Assembly (NCBI GenBank): GCA_964016885.1
Contig: OZ024740.1
Span: 423,212,001 to 423,276,000, forward strand
DNA length: 64,000 nt
From: Eledone cirrhosa
Taxonomy: Eukaryota
Direction of reading: 5' to 3'
The position numbers and the translations under genes are program-made. Under the pieces are notes generated by a model that made no database searches, was not told where the DNA came from, and worked only from the letters and a program-made list of their open reading frames with translations. Shown here piece by piece: positions 1 through 21,000 of the stretch. How positions within the stretch are numbered: the stretch's first letter is position 1; every line of letters begins with the position of its first letter.

Positions 1-3000
1 ATACAGGCAGACACTCGAATATACATACAGGCAGACACTCACATATACATACAGGCAGACACACACATATACATACAGGCAGACACACACATATACATAC
101 AGGCATACACACACATATACATACAGGCAGACACTCACATATACATACAGGCAGACACTCACATATACATACAGGCAGACACTCACATATACAAACAGAC
201 AGACACTCACATATACATACAGACACTCACACATATACATACAGGCAGACACAGACATATACATACAGGCAGACACTCACATATACATACAGGCAGACAC
301 TCACATATACATACAGGCATACACTCACATATACATACAGGCAGACACTCACATATACATATACAGGCATACACTCACATATACATACAGGCAGACACAC
401 ACATATACATACAGGCAGACACTCACATATACATACAGGCATACACACACATATATATACAGGCAGACACACACATATACATACATGCAGACACACACAT
501 ATACATACAGGCAGACACTCACATATACATACAGGCATACACTCACATATACATACAGGCAGACACACATATATACATACAGGCAGACACACACATATAC
601 ATACAGGCAGACACACACATATACATACAGGCATACACTCACATATACATACAGGAAGACACTCACATACATATACAGGCAGACACTCACATATACATAC
701 AGGCAGACACACACATATACATACAGGCATACACTCACATATATATACAGGCAGACACACACATATATATACAGGCAGACACTCACACATATACATACAG
801 GCAGACACACACATATACATACAGGCAGACACACACATATACATACAGGCAGACACCTACATATACATACAGACAGACACACACATATACATACAGGCAG
901 ACACACACATATACATACAGGCAGACACACACATATACATACAGACAGATACACACATATATATACAGGCAGACACTCACACATATACATACAGGCAGAC
1001 ACTCACATATACATACAGGCAGACACTCACATATACATACAGGCATACACTCACATATACATACAGGCAGACACTCACATATACACACAGGCAGACACAC
1101 ACATATACATACAGGCAGACACTCACATATACATACAGGCATACACACACATATATATACAGGCAGACACACACATATACATACAGGAAGACACTCACAT
1201 ACATATACAGGCAGACACTCACATATACATACAGGCAGACACACACATATACATACAGGCAGACACACACATATACATACAGGCATACACTCACATATAC
1301 ATACAGGCAGACACTCACATATACATACAGGCATACACTCACATATACATACAGGAAGACACTCACATACATATACAGGCAGACACTCACATATACATAC
1401 AGGCAGACACTCACATATACATACAGGCAGACACACACATATACATATACAGGCATACACTCACATATACATACAGGCAGACACACACATATACATACAG
1501 GCAGACACTCACATATACATACAGGCATACACACACATATATATACAGGCAGACACACACATATACATACAGGCAGACACACACATATACATACAGGCAG
1601 ACACTCACATATACATACAGGCATACACTCACATATACATACAGGCAGACACACATATATACATACAGGCAGACACACACATATACATACAGGCAGACAC
1701 ACACATATACATACAGGCATACACTCACATATACATACAGGAAGACACTCACATACATATACAGGCAGACACTCACATATACATACAGGCAGACACACAC
1801 ATATACATACAGGCATACACTCACATATACATACAGGCAGACACTAACATATACATACAGGCAGATACACACATATACATACAGACAGACACACACATAT
1901 ACATACAGGCAGACACACACATATACATACAGGCAGACACACACATATACATACAGGCAGACACAAACATATACATACAGGCAGACACACACATATACAT
2001 ACAGACAGACACACACATATACATACAGGCAGACACACACATATACATACAGGCAGACACTCACATACATATACAGGCATACACTCACATATACATACAG
2101 ACAGACACTCACATATACATACAGGCAGACACACACATATACATACAGGCAGATACACACATATACATACAGGCAGACACTCGCATATACATACAGGCAT
2201 ACACACACATATATATACAGGCAGACACACACATATACATACAGGCAGACACACACATATACATACAGGCATACACTCACATATACATACAGGCAGACAC
2301 TCACATATACATACCGGCAGACACTCACATATACATACAGGCATACACACACATATATATACAGGCAGACACACACATATACATACAGGCAGACACACAC
2401 ATATACATACAGGCATACACTCACATATACATACAGGCAGACACTCACATATACACACAGACAGACACACACATATACAACAGGAAGACACTCACATATA
2501 CATACAGGCAGACACACACATATACATACAGGCACACACTCACATATACATACAGGCAGACACACACATATACATATACAGACAGACACACACATATACA
2601 TACAGGCAGACACTCACATATACATACATGCAGACACACACATATACATATACAGACAGACACACACATATACATACAGGCAAACACTCACATATACATA
2701 CAGGCAGACACACATATATACATACAGGCAGACACACATATATACATACAGGCAGACACACACATATATATATAGGCAGACTCACATACATATACAGGCA
2801 TACACTCACATATACATACAGGCAGACACTCACATATACATACAGGCAGACACACACATATACAACAGGAAGACACTCACATATACATACAGGCAGACAC
2901 ACATATATACGTACAGGCAGACACACACATATATATATAGGCAGACACTCACATACATATACAGGCATACACTCACATATACATACAGGCAGACACTCAC

Positions 3001-6000
3001 ATATACACACAGGCAGATACACACATATACATACAGGCAGACACTCACATATACATATACAGGCAGACACTCACATATACATACAGGCAGACACTCACAT
3101 ATATATACAGGCATACACTCACATATACATACAGGCAGACACTCACATATACATACAGGCAGACACACACATATACAGGCAGACACACACATATACATAC
3201 AGGCAGACACACACATATATATATAGGCAGACACTCACATACATATACAGGCATACACTCATATATACATACAGGCAGACACTCACATATACATACAGGC
3301 AGACACACACATATACATATACAGGCATACACTCACATATACATACAGGCAGACACTCACATATACACACAGACAGACACACACATATACATACAGGCAG
3401 ACACTCACATATACATACAGGCAGACACACACATATATATATAGGCAGACACTCACATACATATACAGGCATACACTCACATATACATACAGGCAGACAC
3501 TCACATATACACACAGGCAGATACACACATATACATACAGGCAGACACTCACATATACATATACAGGCAGACACTCACATATACATACAGGCAGACACTC
3601 ACATATATATACAGGCATACACTCACATATACATACAGGCAGACACACACATATACAGGCAGACACACACATATACATACAGGCAGACACACACATATAC
3701 ATACAGGCAGACACTCACATATACATACAGGCATACACACACATATACATACAGGCAGACACACACATATACATACAGGCAGACACTCGAATATACATAC
3801 AGGCAGACACTCGAATATACATACAGGCAGACACTCACATATACATACAGGCAGACACTCGAATATACATACAGGCAGATACACACATATACAGGCAGAC
3901 ACACACATATACATACAGGCAGACACTCACATATACATACAGGCAGACACTGGAATATACATACAGGCAGACACTCACATATACATACAGGCAGACACAC
4001 ACATATACATACAGGCAGACACACACATATACATACAGGCATACACACACATATACATACAGGCAGACACTCACATATACATACAGGCAGACACTCACAT
4101 ATACATACAGGCAGACACAGATATATATATAGGCAGACACTCACACATATACATACAGGCAGACACTCACATATACATATACAGGCAGACACTCACATAT
4201 ACATACAGGCATACACACACATATACATACAGGCATACACACACATATACATACAGGCAGACACTCACATACATATACAGACAGACACTCACATATACAT
4301 ACAGGCAGACACTCACATACATATACAGACAGACACTCACATATACATACAGGCAGACACTCACATATACATACAGGCATACACACACACATATACATAC
4401 AGGAAGACACTCACATATACATACAGGCACACACACATATACATACAGGCAGACACTCACATATACATACAGGCAGACACTCACATATACAAACAGACAG
4501 ACACTCACATATACATACAGACACTCACACATATACATACAGGCAGACACACACATATACATACAGGCAGACACTCACATATACATACAGGCAGACACTC
4601 ACATATACATACAGGCATACACTCACATATACATACAGGCAGACACTCACATATACATATACAGGCATACACTCACATATACATACAGGCAGACACACAC
4701 ATATACATACAGGCAGACACTCACATATACATACAGGCATACACACACATATATATACAGGCAGACACACACATATACATACAGGCAGACACACACATAT
4801 ACATACAGGCAGACACTCACATATACATACAGGCATACACTCACATATACATACAGGCAGACACACATATATACATACAGGCAGACACACACATATACAT
4901 ACAGGCAGACACACACATATACATACAGGCATACACTCACATATACATACAGGAAGACACTCACATACATATACAGGCAGACACTCACATATACATACAG
5001 GCAGACACACACATATACATACAGGCATACACTCACATATACATACAGGCAGACACTAACATATACATACAGGCAGATACACACGTATACATACAGACAG
5101 ACACACACATATACATACAGGCAGACACACACATATACATACAGGCAGACACACACATATACATACAGGCAGACACAAACATATACATACAGGCAGACAC
5201 ACACATATACATACAGACAGACACACACATATACATACAGGCAGACACACACACATACATACAGGCAGACACTCACATACATATACAGGCAGACACTCAC
5301 ATATACATACAGGCAGACACTCACATATAGATACAGGCAGACACACACATATACAGGCAGACACACACATATACATACAGGCAGACACACACATATATAT
5401 ATAGGCAGACACTCACATACATATACAGGCATACACTCACATATACATACAGGCAGACACTCACATATACATACAGGCAGACACACACATATACATATAC
5501 AGGCATACACTCACATATACATACAGGCAGACACTCACATATACATACAGGCAGACACACACATATATATATAGGCAGACACTCACATACATATACAGGC
5601 ATACACTCACATATACATACAGGCAGACACTCACATATACACACAGGCAAATACACACATATACATACAGGCAGACACTCACATATACATATACAGGCAG
5701 ACACTCACATATACATACAGGCAGACACTCACATATATATACAGGCATACACTCACATATACATACAGGCAGACACACACATATACAGGCAGACACACAC
5801 ATATACATACAGGCAGACACACACATATACATACAGGCAGACACTCACATATACATACAGGCATACACACACATATACATACAGGCAGACACACACATAT
5901 ACATACAGACAGACACTCGAATATACATACAGGCAGACACTCGAATATACATACAGCCAGACACTCACATACATATACAGACAGACACTCACATATACAT

Positions 6001-9000
6001 ACAGGCATACACACACACATATACATACAGGAAGACACTCACATATACATACAGGCACACACACATATACATACAGGCAGACACTCACATATACATACAG
6101 GCAGACACTCACATATACAAACAGACAGACACTCACATATACATACAGACACTCACACATATACATACAGGCAGACACACACATATACATACAGGCAGAC
6201 ACTCACATATACATACAGGCAGACACTCACATATACATACAGGCATACACTCACATATACATACAGGCAGACACTCACATATACATATACAGGCATACAC
6301 TCACATATACATACAGGCAGACACACACATATACATACAGGCAGACACTCACATATACATACAGGCATACACACACATATATATACAGGCAGACACACAC
6401 ATATACATACAGGCAGACACACACATATACATACAGGCAGACACTCACATATACATACAGGCATACACTCACATATACATACAGGCAGACACACATATAT
6501 ACATACAGGCAGACACACACATATACATACAGGCAGACACACACATATACATACAGGCATACACTCACATATACATACAGGAAGACACTCACATACATAT
6601 ACAGGCAGACACTCACATATACATACAGGCAGACACACACATATACATACAGGCATACACTCACATATACATACAGGCAGACACTAACATATACATACAG
6701 GCAGATACACACATATACATACAGACAGACACACACATATACATACAGGCAGACACACACATATACATACAGGCAGACACACACATATACATACAGGCAG
6801 ACACAAACATATACATACAGGCAGACACACACATATACATACAGACAGACACACACATATACATACAGGCAGACACACACACATACATACAGGCAGACAC
6901 TCACATACATATACAGGCATACACTCACATATACATACAGACAGACACTCACATATACATACAGGCAGACACACACATATACATACAGGCAGATACACAC
7001 ACATACATACAGGCAGACACTCGCATATACATACAGGCATACACACACATATATATACAGGCAGACACACACATATACATACAGGCAGACACACACATAT
7101 ACATACAGGCATACACTCACATATACATACAGGCAGACACTCACATATACATACCGGCAGACACTCACATATACATACAGGCATACACACACATATATAT
7201 ACAGGCAGACACACACATATACATACAGGCAGACACACACATATACATACAGGCATACACTCACATATACATACAGGCAGACACTCACATATACACACAG
7301 ACAGACACACACATATACAACAGGAAGACACTCACATATACATACAGGCAGACACACACATATACATACAGGCACACACTCACATATACATACAGGCAGA
7401 CACACACATATACATATACAGACAGACACACACATATACATACAGGCAAACATTCACATATACATACAGGCAGACACACATATATACATACAGGCAGACA
7501 CACATATATACATACAGGCAGACACACACATATATATATAGGCAGACTCACATACATATACAGGCATACACTCACATATACATACAGGCAGACACTCACA
7601 TATACATACAGGCAGACACACACATATACATATACAGGCATACAGTCACATATACATACAGGCAGACACTCACATATACACACAGACAGACACACACATA
7701 TACAACAGGAAGACACTCACATATACATACAGGCAGACACACATATATACATACAGGCAGACACACACATATATATATAGGCAGACACTCACAATACATA
7801 TACAGGCATACACTCACATATACATACAGGCAGACACTCACATATACACACAGGCAGATACACACATATACATACAGGCAGACACTCACATATACATATA
7901 CAGGCAGACACTCACATATACATACAGGCAGACACTCACATATATATACAGGCATACACTCACATATACATACAGGCAGACACTCACATATACATACAGG
8001 CAGACACACACATATACAGGCAGACACACACATATACATACAGGCAGACACACACATATATATATAGGCAGACACTCACATACATATACAGGCATACACT
8101 CACATATACATACAGGCAGACACTCACATATACATACAGGCAGACACACACATATACATATACAGGCATACACTCACATATACATACAGGCAGACACTCT
8201 CATATACACACACACAGACACACACATATACATACAGGCAGACACTCACATATACATACAGGCAGACACTCACATATACACACAGGCAGATACACACATA
8301 TACATACAGGCAGACACTCACATATACATATACAGGCAGACACTCACATATACATACAGGCAGACACCCACATATATATACAGGCAGACAGACACATATA
8401 CAGGCAGACACACACATATACATACATGCAGACAGACACATATACAGGCAGACACACACATATACATACAGGCAGACACACACATATACATACAGGCAGA
8501 CACTCACATATACATACAGGCATACACACACATATACATACAGGCAGACACACACATATACATACAGGCAGACACACACATATACATACAGGCAGACACT
8601 CACATATACATACAGGCATACACACACATATACATACAGGCAGACACTCACATATACATACAGGCAGACAGACACATACACAGGCAGACACACACATATA
8701 CATACAGGCAGACACACACATATACATACAGGCAGACACTCACATATACATACAGGCATACACACACATATACATACAGGCAGACACACACATATACATA
8801 CAGGCAGACACTCGAATATACATACAGGCAGACACTCGAATATACATACAGGCAGACACTCACATATACATACAGGCAGACACTAGAATATACATACAGG
8901 CAGATACACACATATACATACAGGCAGACACTCACATATACATACAGGCAGACACTCGAATATACATACAGGCAGACACTCACATATACATACAGGCAGA

Positions 9001-12000
9001 CACACACATATACATACAGGCAGACACACACATATACATACAGGCATACACACACATATACATACAGGCAGACACTCACATATACATACAGGCAGACACT
9101 CACATATACATACAGGCAGACACAGATATATATATAGGCAGACACTCACACATATACATACAGGCAGACACTCACATATACATATACAGGCAGACACTCA
9201 CATATACATACAGGCATACACACACATATACATACAGGCATACACACACATATACATACAGGCAGACACTCACATACATATACAGACAGACACTCACATA
9301 TACATACAGGCAGACACTCACATATACATACAGGCATACACACACACATATACATACAGGAAGACACTCACATACATATACAGGCAGACACTCACATATA
9401 CATACAGGCATACACACACATATACATACAGGCAGACACTCACATATACATACAGGCACACACACATATACATACAGGCAGACACTCACATATACATACA
9501 GGCAGACACTCACATATACAAACAGACAGACACTCACATATACATACAGACACTCACACATATACATACAGGCAGACACACACATATACATACAGGCAGA
9601 CACTCACATATACATACAGGCAGACACTCACATATACATACAGGCATACACTCACATATACATACAGGCAGACACTCACATATACATACAGGCATACACA
9701 CACATATATATACAGGCAGACACACACATATACATACAGGCAGACACTCACATATACATACAGACAGACACTCACATATACATACAGGCAGACACTCACA
9801 TATACATACAGGCAGACACACACATATATATACAGGCAGACACTCACATACATATACATACAGGCAGACACTGACACATATACATACAGACACACACACA
9901 CATATACATACAGGCATACACTCACATATACATACAGGCAGACACACACATATACATACAGGCAGACACTCACATATACATACAGGCATACCCACACATA
10001 TACATACAGGCAGACACACACATATACATACATGCATACACACACATATACATACAGGCATACACTCACATATACATACAGGCAGACATTCACATATACA
10101 TACAGGCAGACACTCACATATACATACAGGCAGACACTCACATATACATACAGGCAGACACACACATATACATACAGGCACACACACACATATACATACA
10201 GGCATACACTCACATATACACACAGACAGACACACACACATATACATACAGGCAGACACTCACATATACATACAGGCAGACACTCACATATACATACAGG
10301 AAGACACTCACATATACATACAGGCAGACACACAGATATATATATAGGCAGACACTCACACATATACATACAGGCAGACACTCACATATACATACAGGCA
10401 GACACTCACATATACATATACAGGCAGACACTCACATATACATACAGGCATACACACACATATACATACAGGCAGACACTCACATACATATACAGACAGA
10501 CACTCACATATACATACAGGCAGACACTCACATATACACACAGGCAGACACACACATATACATACAGGCAGACACACACATATACATACAGGCAGACACT
10601 CACACATACATACAGGCATACACACACATATATATACAGGCAGACACACACATATACATACAGGCAGACACACACATATACATACAGGCATACACTCACA
10701 TATACATACAAGCAGACACTCACATATACATACAGGCAGACACACACATATACATACAGGCAGACACTCACATATACATACAGGCATACACACACATATA
10801 CATACAGGCAGACACACACATATACATACAGGCATAGACTCACATATACATACAAGCAGACACTCACATATACATACAGGCAGACACGCACATATACATA
10901 CAGGCATACACTCACATATACATACAGGCAGACACTCACATATACATACAGGCAGACACTCGAATATACATACAGGCAGACACTCACATATACATACAGT
11001 CAGACACACACATATACATACAGGCAGACACACACATATACATACAGGCATACACACACATATACATACAGGCATACACACACATATACATACAGGCAGA
11101 CACTCACATATACATACATGCAGACACACACATATACATACAGGCAGACACACAGATATATATATAGGCAGACACTCACACATATACATACAGGCAGACA
11201 CTCACATATACATATACAGGCAGACACTCACATATACATACAGGCAGACACACACATATACATACAGGCAGACACACACATATACATACAGGCATACACA
11301 CACATATACATACAGGCATACACACACATATACATACAGGCAGACACTCACATATACATACATGCAGACACACACATATACATACAGGCAGACACATACA
11401 TATACATACAGGCAGACACACAGATATATATATAGGCAGACACTCACACATATACATACAGGCAGACACTCACATATACATACAGGCAGACACACACATA
11501 TACATACAGGCATACACACACATATACATACAGGCATACACACACATATACATACAGGCAGACACTCACATACATATACAGGCAGACACTCACATATATA
11601 CATACAGGCAGACACTCACACATATACATACAGGCAGACACAGATATATACATACAGGCAGACACACACATATACATACAGGCAGACACAGATATATACA
11701 TACAGGCAGACACACACACGTATACATACAGGCAGACGCACACACATATACATACAGGCAGACACTCACATACATATACAGACAGACACTCACACATATA
11801 CACACAGGCAGGCACACACATATACATACAGGCAGACACTCACATATACATACAGGCATACACACACATATATATACAGGCAGACACACACATATACATA
11901 CAGGAAGACACTCACATACATATACAGGCAGACACTCACATATACATACAGGCATACACACACATATACATACAGGCAGACACACACATATACATACAGG

Positions 12001-15000
12001 CATACACTCACATATACATACAGGCAGACACTCACATATACATACAGGCAGACACACACATATACATACAGGCATACACTCACATATACATACATGCATA
12101 CACACACATATACATACAGGCAGACACACACATATACATACAGGCATACACACACATATACATACAGGCATACACTCACATATACATACAGGCATACACA
12201 CACATATACATACAGGCATACACTCACATATACATACAGGCAGACACACACATATACATACAGGCAGATACACACATATACATACAGGCAGACACTCACA
12301 TATACATACAGGCATACACACACATATATATACAGGCAGACACACACATATACATACAGGCAGACATACACATATACATACAGGCATACACTCACATATA
12401 CATACAGGCAGACACACACATATACATACAGGCAGACACTCACATACATATACAGGCATACACTCACATATACATACAGACAGACACTCACATATACATA
12501 CAGGCAGACACACACATATACATACAGGCAGATACACACATATACATACAGGCAGACACACACATATACATACAGGCATACACTCACATATGCATACAGG
12601 CAGACACTCACATATACATACAGGCAGACACTCACATATACATACAGGCATACACACACATATATACACAGGCAGACACACACATATACATACAGGCAGA
12701 GACACACATATACATACAGGCATACACTCACATATACATACAGGCAGACACTCACATATACACACAGACAGACACACACACATATACATACAGGCAGACA
12801 CAAACATATACATACAGGCAGATACACACATATACATACAGGCAGACACACACATATATATACAGGCAGACACTCACATATACATACAGGCAGACACTCA
12901 CATACATATACAGGCAGACACTCACATATACATACAGGCAGACACTAACATATACATACAGGCAGACACACACATATACATACAGGCAGACACTAACATA
13001 TACATACAGGCAGACACACACATATATATATAGGCAGACACTCACATACATATACAGGCATACACTCACATATACATACAGGCAGACACTCACATATACA
13101 CACAGACAGACACACACATATACAACAGGAAGACACTCACTAATATATACAGGCAGACACACATATATACATACAGACAGACACACACATATATATATAG
13201 GCAGACACTCACATATACATACAGGCAGACACTCACATATACGTACAGACAGACACACACATATACATACAGGCAGACACACACATATACATTCAGGCAG
13301 ACACACACATATATATATATAGGCAGACACTCACATACATATACAGGCATACACTCATATATACATACAGGCAGACACTCACATATATACACAGGCAGAC
13401 ACACACATATACTATACATACAGGCAGACACACACATATATATACAGGCATACACTCACATATACATACAGGCATACATTCACATATACATACAGGCAGA
13501 TACACACATATACATACAGGCAGACACTCATATATACATATACAGGCAGACAGTCACATATACATACAGGCAGACACACACATATATATACAGGCATACA
13601 CTCACATATACATACAGGCAGACACTCACATATACATACAGGCATACACTCACATATACATACAGGCATACATTCACATATACATACAGGCAGATACACA
13701 CATATACATACAGGCAGACACTCATATATACATATACAGGCAGACAGTCACATATACATACAGGCAGACACACACATATATATACAGGCATACACTCACA
13801 TATACATACAGGCAGACACTCACATATACATACAGGCATACACTCACATATACAGGCAGACACACACATATACATACAGGCAGACACACACATATACAGG
13901 CAGACACTCACATATACATCCAGGCAGACACACACATATACAGGCAGACACTCACATATACATACAGGCAGACACTCACATATACATATACAGGCAGACA
14001 CTCACACATATACATACAGGCAGACACTCACATATGCATACAGGCAGACACTCACATATACATACAGGCAGACACACACACATATACATACAGGTAGACA
14101 CACACACATATACATACAGGCAGACACTCACACATATACATACAGGCATACACACACATATACATACAGGCAGACACTCACATATACATACAGGTAGACA
14201 CTCACATATACATACAGGCAGACACTCACATATACATACAGGCAGACACTCACATATACATACAGGCAGACACACACATATACATACAGGCAGACACACA
14301 CATATACATACAGGCAGATACACACATATACATACATGCATAAACACACATATACATACAGGCATACACTCACATATACATACAAGCAGACACTCACATA
14401 TACATACAGGCAGACACTCACATATACATACAGGCAGACTACATACAGGCAGACACTCACATATACATACAGGCAGACACTCACATATACATACAGGCAG
14501 ACACACACATATACATACAGGCAGACACTCACATATACATACAGGCAGACACTCACATATACATACAGGCAGACACTCACATATACATACAGGCATACAC
14601 ACACATATACATACAGGCATACACTCACATATACATAGAAGCAGACACTCACATATACATACAGGCAGACACTCACATATACATACAGGCAGACACAGAT
14701 ATATACATACAGGCAGACACACACATATACATACAGGCAGACACACACATATACATACAGGCAGACACTCGAATATACATACAGGCAGACACTCATATAT
14801 ACATACAGGCAGACACACACATATACACACAGGCAGACACTCACATATACATACAGGCAGACACACACATATACATACAGGCACACACACACATATACAT
14901 ACAGGCATACACTCACATATACACACAGACAGACACACACACATATACATACAGGCAGACACTCACATATACATACAGGCAGACACTCACATATACATAC

Positions 15001-18000
15001 AGGAAGACACTCACATATACATACAGGCAGACACACAGATATATATATAGGCAGACACTCACACATATACATACAGGCAGACACTCACATATACATACAG
15101 GCAGACACTCACATATACATATACAGGCAGACACTCACATATATACATACAGGCAGACACTCACACATATACATACAGGCAGACACAGATATATACATAC
15201 AGGCAGACACACACATATACATACAGGCAGACACAGATATATACATACAGGCAGACACAGATATATACATACAGGCAGACACACACACGTATACATACAG
15301 GCAGACGCACACACATATACATACAGGCAGACACTCACATACATATACAGACAGACACTCACACATATACACACAGGCAGGCACACACATATACATACAG
15401 GCAGACACTCACATATACATACAGGCATACACACACATATATATACAGGCAGACACACACATATACATACAGGAAGACACTCACATACATATACAGGCAG
15501 ACACTCACATATACATACAGGCATACACACACATATACATACAGGCAGACACACACATATACATACAGGCATACACTCACATATACATACAGGCAGACAC
15601 TCACATATACATACAGGCAGACACACACATATACATACAGGCATACACTCACATATACATACATGCATACACACACATATACATACAGGCAGACACACAC
15701 ATATACATACAGGCATACACACACATATACATACAGGCATACACTCACATATACATACAGGCATACACACACATATACATACAGGCATACACTCACATAT
15801 ACATACAGGCAGACACACACATATACATACAGGCAGATACACACATATACATACAGGCAGACACTCACATATACATACAGGCATACACACACATATATAT
15901 ACAGGCAGACACACACATATACATACAGGCAGACATACACATATACATACAGGCATACACTCACATATACATACAGGCAGACACACACATATACATACAG
16001 GCAGACACTCACATACATATACAGGCATACACTCACATATACATACAGACAGACACTCACATATACATACAGGCAGACACACACATATACATACAGGCAG
16101 ATACACACATATACATACAGGCAGACACACACATATACATACAGGCATACACTCACATATGCATACAGGCAGACACTCACATATACATACAGGCAGACAC
16201 TCACATATACATACAGGCATACACACACATATATACACAGGCAGACACACACATATACATACAGGCAGAGACACACATATACATACAGGCATACACTCAC
16301 ATATACATACAGGCAGACACTCACATATACACACAGACAGACACACACACATATACATACAGGCAGACACAAACATATACATACAGGCAGATACACACAT
16401 ATACATACAGGCAGACACACACATATATATACAGGCAGACACTCACATATACATACAGGCAGACACTCACATACATATACAGGCAGACACTCACATATAC
16501 ATACAGGCAGACACTAACATATACATACAGGCAGACACACACATATACATACAGGCAGACACTAACATATACATACAGGCAGACACACACATATATATAT
16601 AGGCAGACACTCACATACATATACAGGCATACACTCACATATACATACAGGCAGACACTCACATATACACACAGACAGACACACACATATACAACAGGAA
16701 GACACTCACTAATATATACAGGCAGACACACATATATACATACAGACAGACACACACATATATATATAGGCAGACACTCACATATACATACAGGCAGACA
16801 CTCACATATACGTACAGACAGACACACACATATACATACAGGCAGACACACACATATACATTCAGGCAGACACACACATATATATATATAGGCAGACACT
16901 CACATACATATACAGGCATACACTCATATATACATACAGGCAGACACTCACATATATACACAGGCAGACACACACATATACTATACATACAGGCAGACAC
17001 ACACATATATATACAGGCATACACTCACATATACATACAGGCATACATTCACATATACATACAGGCAGATACACACATATACATACAGGCAGACACTCAT
17101 ATATACATATACAGGCAGACAGTCACATATACATACAGGCAGACACACACATATATATACAGGCATACACTCACATATACATACAGGCAGACACTCACAT
17201 ATACATACAGGCATACACTCACATATACATACAGGCATACATTCACATATACATACAGGCAGATACACACATATACATACAGGCAGACACTCATATATAC
17301 ATATACAGGCAGACAGTCACATATACATACAGGCAGACACACACATATATATACAGGCATACACTCACATATACATACAGGCAGACACTCACATATACAT
17401 ACAGGCATACACTCACATATACAGGCAGACACACACATATACATACAGGCAGACACACACATATACAGGCAGACACTCACATATACATCCAGGCAGACAC
17501 ACACATATACAGGCAGACACTCACATATACATACAGGCAGACACTCACATATACATATACAGGCAGACACTCACACATATACATACAGGCAGACACTCAC
17601 ATATGCATACAGGCAGACACTCACATATACATACAGGCAGACACACACACATATACATACAGGTAGACACACACACATATACATACAGGCAGACACTCAC
17701 ACATATACATACAGGCATACACACACATATACATACAGGCAGACACTCACATATACATACAGGTAGACACTCACATATACATACAGGCAGACACTCACAT
17801 ATACATACAGGCAGACACTCACATATACATACAGGCAGACACACACATATACATACAGGCAGACACACACATATACATACAGGCAGATACACACATATAC
17901 ATACATGCATAAACACACATATACATACAGGCATACACTCACATATACATACAAGCAGACACTCACATATACATACAGGCAGACACTCACATATACATAC

Positions 18001-21000
18001 AGGCAGACTACATACAGGCAGACACTCACATATACATACAGGCAGACACTCACATATACATACAGGCAGACACACACATATACATACAGGCAGACACTCA
18101 CATATACATACAGGCAGACACTCACATATACATACAGGCAGACACTCACATATACATACAGGCATACACACACATATACATACAGGCATACACTCACATA
18201 TACATAGAAGCAGACACTCACATATACATACAGGCAGACACTCACATATACATACAGGCAGACACAGATATATACATACAGGCAGACACACACATATACA
18301 TACAGGCAGACACACACATATACATACAGGCAGACACTCGAATATACATACAGGCAGACACTCATATATACATACAGGCAGACACACACATATACACACA
18401 GGCAGACACTCACATATACATACAGGCAGACACACACATATACATACAGGCACACACACACATATACATACAGGCATACACTCACATATACACACAGACA
18501 GACACACACACATATACATACAGGCAGACACTCACATATACATACAGGCAGACACTCACATATACATACAGGAAGACACTCACATATACATACAGGCAGA
18601 CACACACATATACATACAGGCATACACTCACATATACATACAGGCAGACACACAGATATATATATAGGCAGACACTCACACATATACATACAGGCAGACA
18701 CTCACATATACATATACAGGCAGACACTCACATATACATACAGGCATACACACACATATACATACAGGCAGACACTCACATACATATACAGACAGACACT
18801 CACATATACATACAGGCAGACACTCACATATACACACAGGCAGACACACACATATACATACAGGCAGACACTCACACATACATACAGGCATACACACACA
18901 TATATATACAGGCAGACACACACATATACATACAGGCAGACACACACATATACATACAGGCATACACTCACATATACATACAAGCAGACACTCACATATA
19001 CATACAGGCAGACACACACATATACATACAGGCAGACACTCACATATACATACAGGCATACACACACATATACATACAGGCAGACACACACATATACATA
19101 CAGGCATACACTCACATATACATAGAAGCAGACACTCACATATACATACAGGCAGACACTCACATATACATACAGGCAGACACAGATATATACATACAGG
19201 CAGACACACACATATACATACAGGCAGACACACACATATACATACAGGCAGACACTCGAATATACATACAGGCAGACACTCATATATACATACAGGCAGA
19301 CACACACATATACACACAGGCAGACACTCACATATACATACAGGCAGACACACACATATACATACAGGCACACACACACATATACATACAGGCATACACT
19401 CACATATACACACAGACAGACACACACACATATACATACAGGCAGACACTCACATATACATACAGGCAGACACTCACATATACATACAGGAAGACACTCA
19501 CATATACATACAGGCAGACACACACATATACATACAGGCAGACACACAGATATATATATAGGCAGACACTCACACATATACATACAGGCAGACACTCACA
19601 TATACATATACAGGCAGACACTCACATATACATACAGGCATACACACACATATACATACAGGCAGACACTCACATACATATACAGACAGACACTCACATA
19701 TACATACAGGCAGACACTCACATATACACACAGGCAGACACACACATATACATACAGGCAGACACACACATATACATACAGGCAGACACTCACACATACA
19801 TACAGGCATACACACACATATATATACAGGCAGACACACACATATACATACAGGCAGACACACACATATACATACAGGCATACACTCACATATACATACA
19901 AGCAGACACTCACATATACATACAGGCAGACACACACATATACATACAGGCAGACACTCACATATACATACAGGCATACACACACATATACATACAGGCA
20001 GACACACACATATACATACAGGCATAGACTCACATATACATACAAGCAGACACTCACATATACATACAGGCAGACACGCACATATACATACAGGCATACA
20101 CTCACATATACATACAGGCAGACACTCACATATACATACAGGCAGACACTCGAATATACATACAGGCAGACACTCACATATACATACAGTCAGACACACA
20201 CATATACATACAGGCAGACACACACATATACATACAGGCATACACACACATATACATACAGGCATACACACACATATACATACAGGCAGACACTCACATA
20301 TACATACATGCAGACACACACATATACATACAGGCAGACACACACATATACATACAGGCAGACACACAGATATATATATAGGCAGACACTCACACATATA
20401 CATACAGGCAGACACTCACATATACATACAGGCAGACACACACATATACATACAGGCAGACACACACATATACATACAGGCATACACACACATATACATA
20501 CAGGCATACACACACATATACATACAGGCAGACACTCACATATACATACATGCAGACACACACATATACATACAGGCAGACACACAGATATATATATAGG
20601 CAGACACTCACACATATACATACAGGCAGACACTCACATATACATACAGGCAGACACACACATATACATACAGGCATACACACACATATACATACAGGCA
20701 TACACACACATATACATACAGGCAGACACTCACATACATATACAGGCAGACACTCACATATATACATACAGGCAGACACTCACACATATACATACAGGCA
20801 GACACAGATATATACATACAGGCAGACACACACATATACATACAGGCAGACACACACATATATATACAGGCAGACACTCACATATACATACAGGCAGACA
20901 CTCACATATACATACAGGCAGACACACACATATACATACAGGCAGACACAGATATATACATACAGGCAGACACACACACATATACATACAGGCAGACGCA

